A DNA stretch of 64,000 nucleotides from Escherichia coli (GTDB taxonomy: Bacteria; Pseudomonadota; Gammaproteobacteria; Enterobacterales; Enterobacteriaceae): the NCBI RefSeq assembly GCF_016026235.1, contig NZ_CP065613.1; one strand, written 5' to 3'. Under the pieces are notes generated by a model. That model saw only the letters and a program-made list of their open reading frames with translations. It made no database searches and was not told the origin of the DNA. Both the position numbers and the translations under genes were made by a program. Below, in pieces: positions 42,987 through 55,262 of this stretch (positions are counted from its first letter, which is position 1; each line of letters opens with the position of its first letter).

Positions 42987-43550
42987 TTACTCAACGTCAA
43001 ACGCCCGAATTGAAGCCAAATCATCCAGACCGCTCAGCTCCTCTTTCATTTCACGCTGACGGCGATAAATCTCATCGTTGCGATCGACCTGCGCCTGCAC
43101 CATTGCTGCCGCCAGTTCTTCCAGTTCCGGCATCGACAGTTTCACCTGCTGATTATCGGCATCGCTCCACGCCATATGTGTTTGTGCTGTGACAGATTTT
43201 GCCAGCATGACTACCGGGGACAGGCGGCCCAGTGAGTCGGGGCCAGCATTCCAGATACGACCGTTCCATTCAAACGTGAACGGCTTCGCCTCCTGTTCTG
43301 TGCGCCATGCTTCAATTTCCTGACGTCTGGCCTCTCTGGCCGCTTCCAGCATTTCTGGTGTCACAGTGAATGGGGCTATCTCACCCCATTTGCCACTTTG
43401 CAGTTCCTGCCAGATTTGCTGACCCGTCGGTGCGACATCATCAGCGGTGGCTGTGTAGGGAACTGCCTGGTCCCTGTCGTCAAAAAAAACGTCACAGTCT
43501 ACTGCGCCACTTTCGGTATAACGGGGATTAATGATTTTTTTAATTTCCAC
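42987..43550 (-). CDS. tail fibre assembly protein
   Basis: …[25 protein letters not shown]… Tfa-like; start set at a GTG (43550) just after the tail-fibre stop, uncertain. Confidence 0.6.
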   Translation of the reverse strand: MEIKKIINPRYTESGAVDCDVFFDDRDQAVPYTATADDVAPTGQQIWQELQSGKWGEIAPFTVTPEMLEAAREARRQEIEAWRTEQEAKPFTFEWNGRIWNAGPDSLGRLSPVVMLAKSVTAQTHMAWSDADNQQVKLSMPELEELAAAMVQAQVDRNDEIYRRQREMKEELSGLDDLASIRAFDVE

Positions 43551-43560
43551 GGTGCATTCC

Positions 43561-44973
43561 TCACGATGTGCGAATAAAAAGCCCGGGCATTGCGCCAGAG
43601 ACATGTGCATCCGGCACCCCGGACAGGGCGCAATATGACCCCGGTAATGAATGCTCTGAACATCCCGTAATGAAAAATTGTGGGTATGCTATATGCGTTC
43701 CGGTGGGAGTACTGGGCACTGAAATCCCCACCGGTCCCAGTCGTGAGCCTCTGTATGACTGCCCCCTGACAAGTCTGATGACTTTATCACCGTCAGCTTC
43801 TCCCTGGTACGCAGCAATAATCAGCCCGCCAATGTCAGGGTCTCCCCATCTGTTGCAGACAGAGCTCGCCACGATTCTGTAAATAATATCTTCTGTGGTT
43901 ATATTTATTTTCACCCAGTCAGTCAGTCTGGATATGGGCCAGTAGCAGTAGCGGGTGTGATAAATGGGGCCGTTAATGCCGTAAAAAGTAAGGGATTTGG
44001 CTCTGTACCGCGGTTCTGTTGTCTCAGGGCGTGCATCAGTCCACCGGATGCTGAGCACCCCTTCAAACCGTGTGTCGGGTATGATGCCCAGGCGGCCAGC
44101 AACGGAATACTCACCTGGCAGCGCATTCCTTACCCAGGCCAGGAAATCACTCTTAGTGTCAAAACGGATAACATCTTCAGGCAGAAAAGCACACCCAAAG
44201 CCGAATGCGCCGGGTATCGCCAGACGGCCTTTTGTCCGATCGTAAATGTCGCTCTGTGCTTCCATCGTGGCCGCACTTTTCAGCCCCAGATTATCCCGGG
44301 ACTTCTGTTGTGCCTTTTCGCCTGCTGCTGCGATTTCTGACAGATGGTTAGCCGTTTTCAGAGTGCCGGTCAGCGCAGCATCAATGTCATTTTTGGCCTG
44401 TTCTGCTGCGCGGGCATAACCTGCGGCTGCCTGTGCACGCTGACCGGATAAGACGGCGTTTTTCCCCGTGCTTTTCACGTCTTCCGCAGTGGCCTTTCTG
44501 TCCTCTGCAGTGGCAACTGCATCCTGTCTGGCATTCTCCGCAAAACGTTGTGCATCATCACGGGCCGTTGCGGCTGCCGCCACATTCTGCGCCGTCTGCT
44601 GTGCGTTTCCGGCTGCAGCCCCGGCACTCTGCTGCGCCTGCGCCACCATTTCCTCAAAGCGCTTCATCACCTCCGGACGTAAATCACCATCCTTTGGTGC
44701 ATTCAGAAACGCGTTCAGTGTCCCCGGTGCATCAGTCGGTGCCACATCAATATCCCCGACACGGGTTGGCTGCCAGCCGTTACAGTGAAGCGCAACCTCG
44801 TAATACCCCGGCTCAGCCTCAATCACATAAGCACCGTTATTGTCCGTCACGCAAGTGGCAACAACGTGTGCCACAACGGTCGGACTGGTTCTTCTGGCCC
44901 GCAGTTCAATCGCACAATTTACGACAGGTTTACCCGCCCCATCTTTCAGTACACCTGAAATCTTTACTGCCAT
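43561..44973 (-). CDS. side tail fibre protein
   Basis: Start at MAVKISGVLKDGAGKPVVNCAIELRA (44973), a lambdoid tail-fibre N-terminus; Ala/Gln-rich coiled stretch. Confidence 0.75.
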   Translation of the reverse strand: MAVKISGVLKDGAGKPVVNCAIELRARRTSPTVVAHVVATCVTDNNGAYVIEAEPGYYEVALHCNGWQPTRVGDIDVAPTDAPGTLNAFLNAPKDGDLRPEVMKRFEEMVAQAQQSAGAAAGNAQQTAQNVAAAATARDDAQRFAENARQDAVATAEDRKATAEDVKSTGKNAVLSGQRAQAAAGYARAAEQAKNDIDAALTGTLKTANHLSEIAAAGEKAQQKSRDNLGLKSAATMEAQSDIYDRTKGRLAIPGAFGFGCAFLPEDVIRFDTKSDFLAWVRNALPGEYSVAGRLGIIPDTRFEGVLSIRWTDARPETTEPRYRAKSLTFYGINGPIYHTRYCYWPISRLTDWVKINITTEDIIYRIVASSVCNRWGDPDIGGLIIAAYQGEADGDKVIRLVRGQSYRGSRLGPVGISVPSTPTGTHIAYPQFFITGCSEHSLPGSYCALSGVPDAHVSGAMPGLFIRTS

Positions 44974-45036
44974 ATTCACCCCACAAAAAGCCCGCCTGAA
45001 CCAGCGGGCTGTCATAACACTGTGTTACCTGGCTAA

Positions 45037-45636
45037 TCAGAACTTATAACCGACACCCACGATGAAACCGTCAGTGCGCCAGTCGCCACTGCCGGAACCT
45101 TCATAAGCAAGGTCAACGGCCACGGATTCGGTCGGGTTAAACTGCACGCCAGCTCCCCACGCCAGAGACGTGTTGCTGTGGCGACCGTCATCACTTCCGG
45201 TCAGCACATCGTGCGTTTTCCCCTTGTTGTCAGTTACGCGGAGATAATCCCCGGAGAAGGTCGACACACGGCTGTAAGCCACGCCCGCCATCGCATACGC
45301 GCTGAACCATTCATTCACGCGCACAGACGGCCCCGCCATCACGCTGAACCAGCGGTTACGCACGGAATCCTCATGCCAGCAGGTATCGCTGTAATGCGTT
45401 TTTTGCTCATCTTCAGCGTTGGCATAGCTGAATGACGTCACCAGCCCCAGCGTGTCCGTAAACTCATAACGGTATTTCACGTTAATCCCGTTCAGATCAT
45501 CACTGCCGGGAGCGTTCGTCGAGGCATGAAGATACCCCGCGCTCAGCGTGGACTGATGTTCAGACGCCCATGCAGGCGCACCGGATACAGCCAGACAGAT
45601 GGCTGCGGACAAAATGGCAGCATAAAGTTTACGCAT
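45037..45636 (-). CDS. lom: Lom outer-membrane protein (Ail/Lom family)
   Basis: 199-aa ORF MRKLYAAILSAAICLAVSGAPAWASEHQSTLSAGYLHASTN…GVGYKF, near-identical to lambda Lom. Confidence 0.9.
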   Translation of the reverse strand: MRKLYAAILSAAICLAVSGAPAWASEHQSTLSAGYLHASTNAPGSDDLNGINVKYRYEFTDTLGLVTSFSYANAEDEQKTHYSDTCWHEDSVRNRWFSVMAGPSVRVNEWFSAYAMAGVAYSRVSTFSGDYLRVTDNKGKTHDVLTGSDDGRHSNTSLAWGAGVQFNPTESVAVDLAYEGSGSGDWRTDGFIVGVGYKF

Positions 45637-45703
45637 AATTACCTCTCGCTTTTCTGCAATAAAAAAGGCACCATTTCTGGTGCCCGTATCTGGGTTATAA
45701 AAT

Positions 45704-48700
45704 TCAGCTGATACTGATACCTGCTGTGGATTTCTTCATCACAACAACCAGCAAATCGCTGATACTTGCTGTGGGATACCAGCCATTTACCAGCCATGCC
45801 GATACAGAAAACTCCAGCGTCATGTGACCGTGACCGGCAGGCATATCAATAACACCCGTATATATCAGCGTATTATCCAGGGTCGTTCGGTTATAAATTT
45901 CAGCACCGTTTTTCTTCACTATCAGGCGGCATGACGAATAAATATTGTTATTCTTCCGCTCATGTTTAGCACCGCGAAACGCCACCGCGGGAATAACAAT
46001 TTGCCGATCAAACGGCTGATCGTCATAAACCCTGACGGTAATGGTCCCTGATGGCCACCTCTCCGGTGCACGGGAGTCCCGTGGGAAAGGTTTGCCCACT
46101 GTTTTAACGAGATCGCCTTCAATCTGGTTCGCGGACAATTTTCCCAGAACCCGACAGTTCTTATTAATCGTGACGTTGTTGAGCGTCCCGGAGTTCACGT
46201 TACCGCTGATATCGGCATTTTTCGCCGTCAGCCGTCCGCCAGGTGTCAGGGAAAATGCCGGAGGATTACCGCCGCTGGTAATGGTCGGAGCCGTCAGGCG
46301 TTTCAGGAACACGTCGTTCATGAATATCTGATCGCCCTGACCAACAAACATCGGCTTTGTGTTGCCATTCGCAGGATTAATCATCGCAATCCTGTCTGCC
46401 GCCAGCAGCACCTGACTCTGCATTCCTGCTGGCGTATTCTCAATACCGGCACCGATACCCGCAATATAAAGGCGTCCGTCCTTCATCTGTTGCAGCTTCA
46501 CAGCCCACATGCTGTTCAGGTTATTATTTGTATCAACCTGAACTTTCTGTATCTGCTGGATTGCAGCACTCTGATTTTCCAGTTTTTTATTGACGGTTTG
46601 CGTGATTTCATTGCTGACATTCGTAATGGACGTCCTGATTTCAGTCAGGTCCGGCGCAAGCTGACCGTTATCAATCTGCGTCCACAACTCCTTGCCGAGA
46701 TGCGTTTTATTGATCAACCCTTTATAAAAACTCAGATAACCTTCCGCATCATCGCTCGCCCGACCGACGGCCTCCACAAATGCCGATTTGCCAACGGTGT
46801 TCACACTGCGAACGTAAAAATAATAATCATGGCCCGGCCTGATATTGATACTGGCGGCTATCCAGTACAGCGCCGTGCCAAGATAGCGGGCGCTGGTTTC
46901 AACCTGCCTGATATCCGCAATCCGCTTTTCCGAAAACCAGAACTCAAACTGCACCGTCGGGTCATATACAGCCAGTTTCGGGACCGCCGTTATCTGAAAA
47001 TACCCCGGTATCAGTTCAATAGTGACAGGCGCTGCCGGTGCCGCAATCCGGAACGATACCGACGCCGGATCGCCCTGCTGCCCCGGGCATTTACCACCCG
47101 GACTGTCAGACTGTAATTCCCCAGCGCCAGCTGCCTGAAGCGGTATGTGGTTTCCGTCGTCCGGGCTGTGCTGACCAGCCGCTCACTGCCGTCGTCCGCT
47201 GCCACGGTCAGGCGAAGCAGGAAGCTCACTCCCTTCACCACCTTCGGCGTGTCCCATCGCGCCAGCACCTGATATTCCCCGCTGTCTGCGGTGACTTCGG
47301 CGGTCAGATGCTGCACCGCTGGCGGCGTGACACCATTCACCGTGCCGCGCCGGTCACCGTCAAAGTGTGCCCCGTTATCCACGATGGCCTCTTTTTCCGG
47401 CACATGCTGCACGGCGGTGATGGCATACGTGCCGTCGTCGTTCTCACGGATACTCACGCAGCGGAACAGGCGCTGGCGCAGCGTCGGCAGCTTCAGCCCC
47501 CACACGCTGTATTCTGCAACGCCGTCAGGAACCCGGCTCACTTTCACCTTCACGCCGTCGGTGACGGACTGAACCTCCACGCTGACCGGACTCCCCTGCC
47601 CGTCAACCAGGCTTATCAGCGTGGTGCCGGAAGATGGCAGCGTGATTTCACGGTCGAGCGTCAGCGTCCGGGTCTGGCTGTTTACCGCCAGCACGCGCCC
47701 GCCGGTGCTGATACCGGCATAGTCATCATCGCAGATTTCAATGACATCGCCCGGTACATGGCGAAGCCCTTCAGCACCCACGCTGAAGTCCACGGTCTGC
47801 GTTTCCAGCAGCTCCGTTTTAATCAGCCACAGCCCGGCGCGGTGTGCCTGCCCCCGACTGGTACAGCCAAAGGCATCCATCTTCGTGACATTACGACCGT
47901 AACGGGCAATGGCCTGCGTATCTTCAACAAGCTCTGTCGCCGTCTCCCAGCCGTTATCCGGGTCAATCCAGTTCACCTCAACGGCATTATGGCGGTCCTT
48001 CAGGGCGCTGAAGCTGTAGCGGAACGGCGCGCCATCATCCGGCATCACCACATTACTGCGGTTATAGGTCCACACCTTATCCGACGGTCGGTCCTGCACG
48101 AACGTCAGCGTCTGCCCGTTCCATACCGGCATACAGCGCATCGCCGAGCAGAAATCACTGAGCACATCCCACGCCTTGCGCTGTGTGGTCAGGTACGCAT
48201 TACAGGTGATGCGCGGCTCCGTGCCGCCAAAGCCGTCCGGCACCGACTGATCGCAATTCTGGCCGATGACATACAGCGCCCATTTATCCACATCCGCCGC
48301 ACCAAGACGTTTCCCCATGCCGTAGCGCGGGTGGGTCAGCATATCCCACAGACACCAGGCCATATTGTTGCTGTATGCTGGCTTAAACGTTCCGTCCCAG
48401 ATACCGCTGTATTGCCGCGTCTGCGGGTTATAGTTCGACGGCACCTGCAGAATGCGCCCGCGAAGATGATAATTGCGACTCACCTGCTGGTTACCGAACT
48501 GCTCTGAATCCACCTGCACGCCGACCAGCGCCGTGTTCGGGTAGCACTGTTTCACATCGATGATTTCGGTGTACGACGACCAGAGCGTTTTGTTCTGCAG
48601 CTGGTCTGTGGTGCTGTCCGGTGTCATCCTGCGCATCCGGATATTAAACGGGCGCGGCGGCAGGTTACCCACCACCACCGAGGCCAGATACTGCGAAGTG

Positions 48701-49176
48701 GTTTTGCCCTTAATGGTGATGTCTTTTTCCGTCACCCAGCCACCGTTACGCTGTATCTGAACCAGCAGGCGGACTTCCGACGGATTCCGGTCCCCCTTTG
48801 AGGTGGTTTCCACCAGTGCCTGCACACCGAAGGTCAGGCGCAGACGATCAATGTTTGCCGACGTGATGGTCCGGGTGATCGGCGTGTCGTATTTCACTTC
48901 CGTACCCAGCACCGTCTCGGAGCCGGAAGATTCAAACCCCTCCGGCGGTGTCTGCTCCTGCTCGCCGGCGCGGAACACCACCGTAACACCGGAAAAGTTT
49001 GTCTTCCCCTCGCTGTCCAGGACCGGCGTACCGTTCAGCAGCACGCTTTTTAATCCATCCACCGGACCGTCAACCGGCCCTTCGCTGATGGCATCAATCA
49101 CACTCAGCAACTGCGTGGATTTCAGGTTGTCCTTCGCTTCGCGCGGGGTATGCCCCTTACTGCTGCCTTTACCCAT
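45704..49176 (-). pseudogene. tail tip/host-specificity protein J, frameshifted
   Basis: ORFs 47011..49176 and 45704..46954 match the lambda J N- and C-terminal parts in different frames; shift maps to a G-run at ~47081-47087 (VNAWGQQGD expected). Confidence 0.6.
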
Positions 49177-49236
49177 TCCTCACGCTCCATAAACGACAAA
49201 ACCGCCCGCAGGCGGTTTCACATAAAACATTTTGCA

Positions 49237-49878
49237 TCAGCGACCAATCACCACAACCTGACCACCATCCCCTTCGTCTGCCGTGCTGATCTCCTGAGAA
49301 ACCACACGTGACCCCACGCGCATTTCACCGTACAGAACGGGCAGAACATTGCCCTGGGCAACCATGTTATCCAGTGACGAGAAATACGTGTTCTGCTTAC
49401 CGTTATCCGTTGTCTGTGTACGGGGAGTTCTGGCTTTCGGTGCCAGCATCTGTGCAACACCGCCAAGCGTCATACTGGCACCGAGAGAAAACAGCAGATT
49501 ACTCGCCATAATTCCTACCCCCGGCATCCATATAGCAACCGCCATAACAGCCGCCCCCAGCACCGCCTGAAACACACCGCCACTTTTAGCTCCCACCAGA
49601 CGCGGTACTATGTGGATCACTGCACCATTTGCCAGCGGCTCATTAAGACGGGCAGACAATTCGGTTTCACCTGCATCACGCCCGGCAATGCGCACCTGAT
49701 ACCAGCCGTCACTCAGTTTCTGACGAAACGCCGGGAGCTGTGTGGCCAGTGCCCGGATGGCTTCAGCCCCCGTTTTCACACGAAGGTCGATGCGGCGACC
49801 AAATCGTTGTAAATCCCCGTAAAGGCAGATGCGCGCCATGCCCGGTGACGCCAGAGGGAGTGTGTGCGTCGCTGCCAT
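49237..49878 (-). CDS. tail assembly protein I
   Basis: 213-aa ORF MAATHTLPLASPGMARICLYGDLQRFGRRIDLRV…, lambda I homologue. Confidence 0.85.
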   Translation of the reverse strand: MAATHTLPLASPGMARICLYGDLQRFGRRIDLRVKTGAEAIRALATQLPAFRQKLSDGWYQVRIAGRDAGETELSARLNEPLANGAVIHIVPRLVGAKSGGVFQAVLGAAVMAVAIWMPGVGIMASNLLFSLGASMTLGGVAQMLAPKARTPRTQTTDNGKQNTYFSSLDNMVAQGNVLPVLYGEMRVGSRVVSQEISTADEGDGGQVVVIGR

Positions 49879-50519
49879 TTGTCGGTGTACCTCTCTCGTT
49901 TGCTCAGTTGTTCAGGAATATGGTGCAGCAGCCCGCCGTCACCGCAGTAAATGGCGGCATGATTCGGCACCGATGAACCAAAACAGCACAGCAGCACATC
50001 GCCCGGCTGCGCCTCTGTCAGTGCGACACGGTAAAAACCCGTCACCTCCATATTGTCAAGATAGAGATTCTGACCGTTACGCCACCAGTCATCCCCGCGA
50101 TGAAAATCCGGCATCTCAATCCCCGCCAGATGATAAGCATCCCGGAACAGCGTGTAACAGTCCGTCACCCCGTGCTCAAAGCGCCGCCCGGTGAGATGCG
50201 GCACACAGCGGAATTTATGAATCTCACCCCGGCAGACCAGCCACCAAGGCAAATCACTCTGCACCTGCAGCCGCCGGTCAGCCTCACTCAGCCAGGGCAG
50301 ACCACCGGGATGACTGTGGACCAGCGCCACAATCTCACCCAGCATTTGTGCCCGCAGCCAGTCCTCCGGAGCCATCCGGAACCGTTCCTCCGGCTCACCG
50401 GAGATATTCTCGCTGGGAAGATACCTGTCTCCCTCCGGCGTTCTCACCACGAAGCCACACGACTCCGCTGGCGCACATCGCCGGGCGTGCGCCAGAATCG
50501 CTGATTCTGTCTGTGTCAT
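49776..50519 (-). CDS. tail assembly protein K (NlpC/P60-like)
   Basis: Start at MTQTESAILAHARRCAPAESCGFVV (50519); lambda K homologue. Confidence 0.8.
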   Translation of the reverse strand: MTQTESAILAHARRCAPAESCGFVVRTPEGDRYLPSENISGEPEERFRMAPEDWLRAQMLGEIVALVHSHPGGLPWLSEADRRLQVQSDLPWWLVCRGEIHKFRCVPHLTGRRFEHGVTDCYTLFRDAYHLAGIEMPDFHRGDDWWRNGQNLYLDNMEVTGFYRVALTEAQPGDVLLCCFGSSVPNHAAIYCGDGGLLHHIPEQLSKRERYTDKWQRRTHSLWRHRAWRASAFTGIYNDLVAASTFV

Positions 50520-50523
50520 GGAT

Positions 50524-51222
50524 TTACTGAGAAAGTTTATTGATGGAAAGGAAACCGCCGAAATTACCGGTATTGTTGCGCAACTCACACCCGCGCATAC
50601 ACTTGCTGCATTTGTCCTTCCGGATATCCGTCGTTGGTTTGTCGAACTCGTCAGCCACTGCCCTGCCCGTGTAACCACACTCATCAGAACGGTAAGTCCA
50701 CATACAGGTATTCGCCAGCATGATACGCCCCGGGAAAACCGCGCCATCCGTCTCCGTTGGTGTGGCCAGCACAAAAGAGGCACTGACCGCGCTCAGTTCG
50801 CTGCACTGCTCGATGCGCCAGCGGCTGATCACCTCCTGTTCCGGATCGGCGTCGCTGTTTCCGTTGACGAAGTTCACCGCATCCAGAAAACGGGCGTAAA
50901 CCTTACGCCTGACCACCGTTCCGCCGACCAGACTCTGCAGATCTTCCGCCATACCGGTGACCATGCCGTGCAGGTTAGAGACCGTCAGTGTCGGACGGGC
51001 AGCACAGCCCCTGCCGTTCAGTTCAAACCCCGACCCCTGAATGGGGTATGCCTGATACTGCCGCCCCTGCCAGGTGACCGGCTCACCTTTTTCGTTCTGC
51101 TCATTACAGAAAAAATAACGCTCACCACCGACCTCTGTCAGATCGATTTCCCAGAGCTCCACCCGGACTGACTGCTCCGCACGGGTGCATTCATTCAGTG
51201 TTTCCTGCCGGATATCCTGCAT
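50524..51222 (-). CDS. tail tip protein L
   Basis: 232-aa ORF MQDIRQETLNECTRAEQS…, lambda L homologue. Confidence 0.9.
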   Translation of the reverse strand: MQDIRQETLNECTRAEQSVRVELWEIDLTEVGGERYFFCNEQNEKGEPVTWQGRQYQAYPIQGSGFELNGRGCAARPTLTVSNLHGMVTGMAEDLQSLVGGTVVRRKVYARFLDAVNFVNGNSDADPEQEVISRWRIEQCSELSAVSASFVLATPTETDGAVFPGRIMLANTCMWTYRSDECGYTGRAVADEFDKPTTDIRKDKCSKCMRGCELRNNTGNFGGFLSINKLSQ

Positions 51223-51551
51223 CAGTTCACCACCTGTTCAAAATCGGCCGTTACAGTCACCCATAACGCCCCCACGCTTGCCGACCATTTACGACAAACC
51301 ACCCTGATCGGTTTCCAGTCATAAGGTGGCGTCCACTGAAATGCGCGGACGCCACCGTGCCGTTCCAGAAAGGCTTTTAAAGATGGGTGTTCACCTTTAC
51401 GAACACGTATCGTCACGCTGTAAGTCGACAACTGGTTATTCAGTCCCGCCGCACGACGCTGTTCATAACCATCGCCCAGCTTCACTGTCACCACTTTCGG
51501 CTCTGATACCACATTCATATCCGGGCGCACTTTCCAGTGAAACGTCTCCAT
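51222..51551 (-). CDS. tail tip protein M
   Basis: 109-aa ORF METFHWKVRPDMNVVSEPKVVTVKLGDGYEQRRAAGLNNQ…, lambda M homologue. Confidence 0.9.
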   Translation of the reverse strand: METFHWKVRPDMNVVSEPKVVTVKLGDGYEQRRAAGLNNQLSTYSVTIRVRKGEHPSLKAFLERHGGVRAFQWTPPYDWKPIRVVCRKWSASVGALWVTVTADFEQVVN

Positions 51552-54508
51552 TACCGGTATGCTCCACTTAACCGGCCACCATCACGGGCCTGCTGTTGCA
51601 TAAAGTCCGCGGCCGCTTTTTTCCCGAGGTCATAAACCACCTTCAGGGCAGCCGGACCTATCTGCCCGTTCGTGCCATCGTTATTGATCTCAATGTTGTA
51701 CTGCGGGGCAAACATCACCATGCCTGAACCACCAGTATCCGCCACACCCCCAGCTTACCATCAGCACCGCGACGCAGTGGCAGAATGGCTTCAGGTCCCG
51801 CTTCCCCCATCACACCCGCGCCTTTTGCAAAAGCAAAAAACGTCGGACGGTTAACCACCGTGCCACTGTAGCGACTCAAATCAGCAGACTGGTAAACACC
51901 GCCATCAGCATTAGTCGTGAAGCCGAATAAAGAACCGACGCCCTTTACCGCCTGCATCATGGCCATCTGTGCCATAATTCTGGCCATATCTGACAACAGG
52001 GAAGAGGTAAAGGATTTAAAATTCAGCTTACCGGTGGTACAGAATGTCGCCAGTGCATTACCGGCACTGCTGAATGCCACTGTAAACATCTGTTCTGCCG
52101 TTCCCGCCGCATTATCCGCATCCGCCGTAAAATTCTGAAACGCCCGCATGGCACCGTTTTTCCAGTCGCCCTGCGCCACTTCCAGTTCCTGCCAGTAGCG
52201 TTTGTTTTCATTCAGTTGTCGCTTCAGGCTCCCCTTCAGCACCTCCTCAGCCCTCCGGTAGTCCTCCGTCCCGTAAGTGCCTTTCTGGCGACTGTCATTC
52301 TCAAGCTGTTGCAACTGTTGCCGGTATTCCTGCCGGATGCGCAACTGTGCCTGGTAGCGCTGCCGCTGCTTATCCCCCATACCTGCAGTGGCAATATCCA
52401 GATTGTGCTGCTCACGCAGTGCACGTTCTTTGTCTGCCAGCTGGCTGGTCAGCTGAACCGTTTTTTTTCTCAGGTCGTTAAGCGCTGTCTGTTTCTGCAG
52501 CTCCTGCTGTTTCACATCCAGCAGCGTCAGCGCCTGAATCAGCTCATTCTTACGGGCCAGCACACTCTTTTCATCTGCCGTCAGCTTTTTCCCGCCCAGG
52601 TCGCTGATGCGCTGCTGCAGGGCCAGAAGCTGTTTATGCGCTTCAGTCATCCTTTCAGTGGCAATGCCTGCTGACTGTCTGGCAGCAGCAATCTGCCCTT
52701 CCACCTGTGCCTGCTGCTGACTGTACTGCAGCAATAACCGGGTGGCCTCATCATTACGGGTTGCCCGTGTATTTTTCTTAATGGCTTTTTCGTAACGTTC
52801 ATTTTCACGCTGTATCGCCGCATCCCTGACAGCCTGGTCGGCGTACTGCATGGCATTAATACGCGCAATTTCCCGCTGATGTCGTGCAGCTTCCGTTTCA
52901 TTCATCCGGTTCAGCGCGGCATTTTCAGCATTCCGGCGTTTCTGTTGCTCCTGGTAATTCCGTTCTGCCTGCGCTTTTGCATCCTGCAAATCCTTCCGGC
53001 GTTTTTTCTCCTGAAGATCGTTAAGACGCTGCTGATCGTACTCCACCTGTGTGGAGGCGTTTGTCCACGGATATTTTTTCGCGCGCTGAATTTTTTCCTG
53101 TAACGCATCAATCTGCGCATCCAGCGAGTCTTCACGACCAATATTCATGGCCGCATCCCAGAACTGCTTCCACCAGTCAGACAAGGTTTGCAGCGTACTA
53201 CCCAGCGCATTGAGATTATTATCAATATCAGATGTGCGTTTACCGGTTTCCTCTGCCAGCGCAGACATGGCGATCCGGGCCGCATCACTGGACCGCCCCT
53301 GCTCCCCAAGGACGCGTATCTGCTCAAGCTGAGTGGCAGTCAAAAAATGCAGCGCATTGTCCAGCGCCTTCGCGGCATTTACAGGATCATCCTTCAGCCG
53401 CTTAAACTGATTTATGGTATCGCTGACCGACTGGCCAACCGATCGCTCCATCTGTGCGGCAGCTTTCGCCACCATACCAATATCGTTTCCATGAAATGCC
53501 CCACTGCCCGACAGTGACACCGGCATAATGTCCCGTCAGCGCCAGCTGACGGTTAAATTCCTCGCCCTCCTTCCGGCCGTCATGCCAGGCTTTACCCAGA
53601 CCCAGGACCGCCGCGACAAGTCCGCCAATAACGCCGCCAGTCATCATGCCTTTCGGCGACATCAGTGCGCCTGTCCATCCGGCACGGTTAGCCAGCGTTA
53701 TCCCGGATCCCCTCAGCGCACCAAAATTGCCGCGCGCCATCTGACTGATTAACACCCCCAGCTCCCGCCGGGCTGCCGCACTTTTCAGCCCCAGCGAATG
53801 TGTGGCTTTTCCTGCCCGCTCCATTTTGCGGATATACACTTCTGCAGCACTGCTTACCCCCAGCTGAGCCGCCCTGGCGCGAAGCAACTCAGAAGACGAC
53901 AGATTCTGGCGGGTTGCCTGCTCTTTAAGCTGGCGGATAAACGCCGCTTTCTGCCGGGTGGCCTGTTCCTCTGCCTGCGTCAGGGCACGGGTTTTCGCCG
54001 TGATCTCCGAAATCAGCGCCAGATAATCCTGCTGACCAACCCCGCCACTGTTTCTGGCCTGTCGGATCTGCTGCTGAATACGCTGTAATTCCTGAAGCCC
54101 CGCACCGGCCTGTTTCACACTGTCAATCTGGCGATAAAAGGCGGCAGCCGCTTTATCCTGCGCCTCCGCCAGTGCCCTGGCCTGCGCCTGTTCCTCGCGC
54201 ATTTTCTGGCTCAGCGCCTCCATGCGCTGGCGGGTTTTCTCCACCTCGCGGGCCATGCGTTCATGAGCCTGTGCGTTCTTCTCCACCGTCTGCGCATGGA
54301 CGGATGCGGCTGTTGCAGCCGAAGAAGCCGCCTGCGTTGTCTGCCGGGCGGCCTGAGTCTGACGCTCCATAAAACGCTGCATACGGGCAGAAGACCGTTC
54401 TGCATCGCTGGCTGCACCATTCAGAAGGTTTTTGATACGGGGAATTTCATTTTTAAACTCTGCCGCATCAATCCCCAAATCAATGACCAGGTTGGCTATC
54501 TGGTCCAT
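51551..54508 (-). pseudogene. tail tape-measure protein H, split over three ORFs by two frameshifts
   Basis: ORFs 53402..54538 and 51551..51745 share a frame; 51715..53526 is in another; the C-terminal block NNDGTNGQIGPAALKVVYD resembles the lambda H C-terminus. Confidence 0.55.
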
Positions 54509-54809
54509 AACGCACACCTCCGGAAATACCTTCCCCAAGATGCATCAGTTCTTCGTCCGTTCGCTCCGGTATCCCGTTCTCTTCCGGTAAAAGGCTGAAA
54601 TCAGCCACCGCAGCATCGCTGCTGCCGGACACCATTCTCACGATCAATGCCTTCAGCGAGGCAAACTGCGCATCCATCCACACATCACTGAAGCTCTGCA
54701 TCCGGAAATAATCGCCCCACTCACCAAGCTCAGTGGCCGACATTTCCGACAGCATCCGCCGCCAGTCTGCCCGCCGGAACTCCCGGGCAAGCCGCATGAC
54801 AAACTGCAT
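54480..54809 (-). CDS. T segment of the tail assembly chaperone G-T (reached by -1 frameshift from G)
   Basis: Open in the -1 frame relative to G and continuous across the G stop; heptamer GGAAAAG (plus 54824-54830) lies just before the G stop. Confidence 0.55.
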   Translation of the reverse strand: MQFVMRLAREFRRADWRRMLSEMSATELGEWGDYFRMQSFSDVWMDAQFASLKALIVRMVSGSSDAAVADFSLLPEENGIPERTDEELMHLGEGISGGVRYGPDSQPGH

Positions 54810-54817
54810 TTCCCGCG

Positions 54818-55207
54818 TCAGGACTTTTCCGGCGTCAGCGCCTCATGATCATCATCCCCGGCATTCTCAATGGTCCCCATACCGCTCAGCGACAGAACCC
54901 TCTCCGCCCCCGCGCCCAGCGCATCATACGACCATGTTGTCATAATGGATGCGCAAAGCGTCTCAACATCCTGAGACTGCTCAGCATTCCACAGTGAGCG
55001 GGAAACCAGCCAGGCATTGATATCCATTCCCATACGCAGAAAAGCAATCTGTCGTTCAGCCTCCGGCAGTTCTCCCTCCTGTGCATCAAACTTTGCCGTT
55101 CGCTGCTGAACAAACGTCAGATATTCAATTCTCTGCAGCCCGGACAGCTCACTGAGCACCACGGACTGTTTTTCATAATTAAACGTATCCTGTTTCAGAA
55201 ACATCAT
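54818..55207 (-). CDS. tail assembly chaperone G
   Basis: MMFLKQDTFNYEKQSVVLSELSGLQRIEYL… aligns with lambda G (MFLK…). Confidence 0.75.
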   Translation of the reverse strand: MMFLKQDTFNYEKQSVVLSELSGLQRIEYLTFVQQRTAKFDAQEGELPEAERQIAFLRMGMDINAWLVSRSLWNAEQSQDVETLCASIMTTWSYDALGAGAERVLSLSGMGTIENAGDDDHEALTPEKS

Positions 55208-55262
55208 GTTCTCCGGATGCAAAAAGCCCCGGATAACCGGGGCAATGATGAGTATCGTCCTG

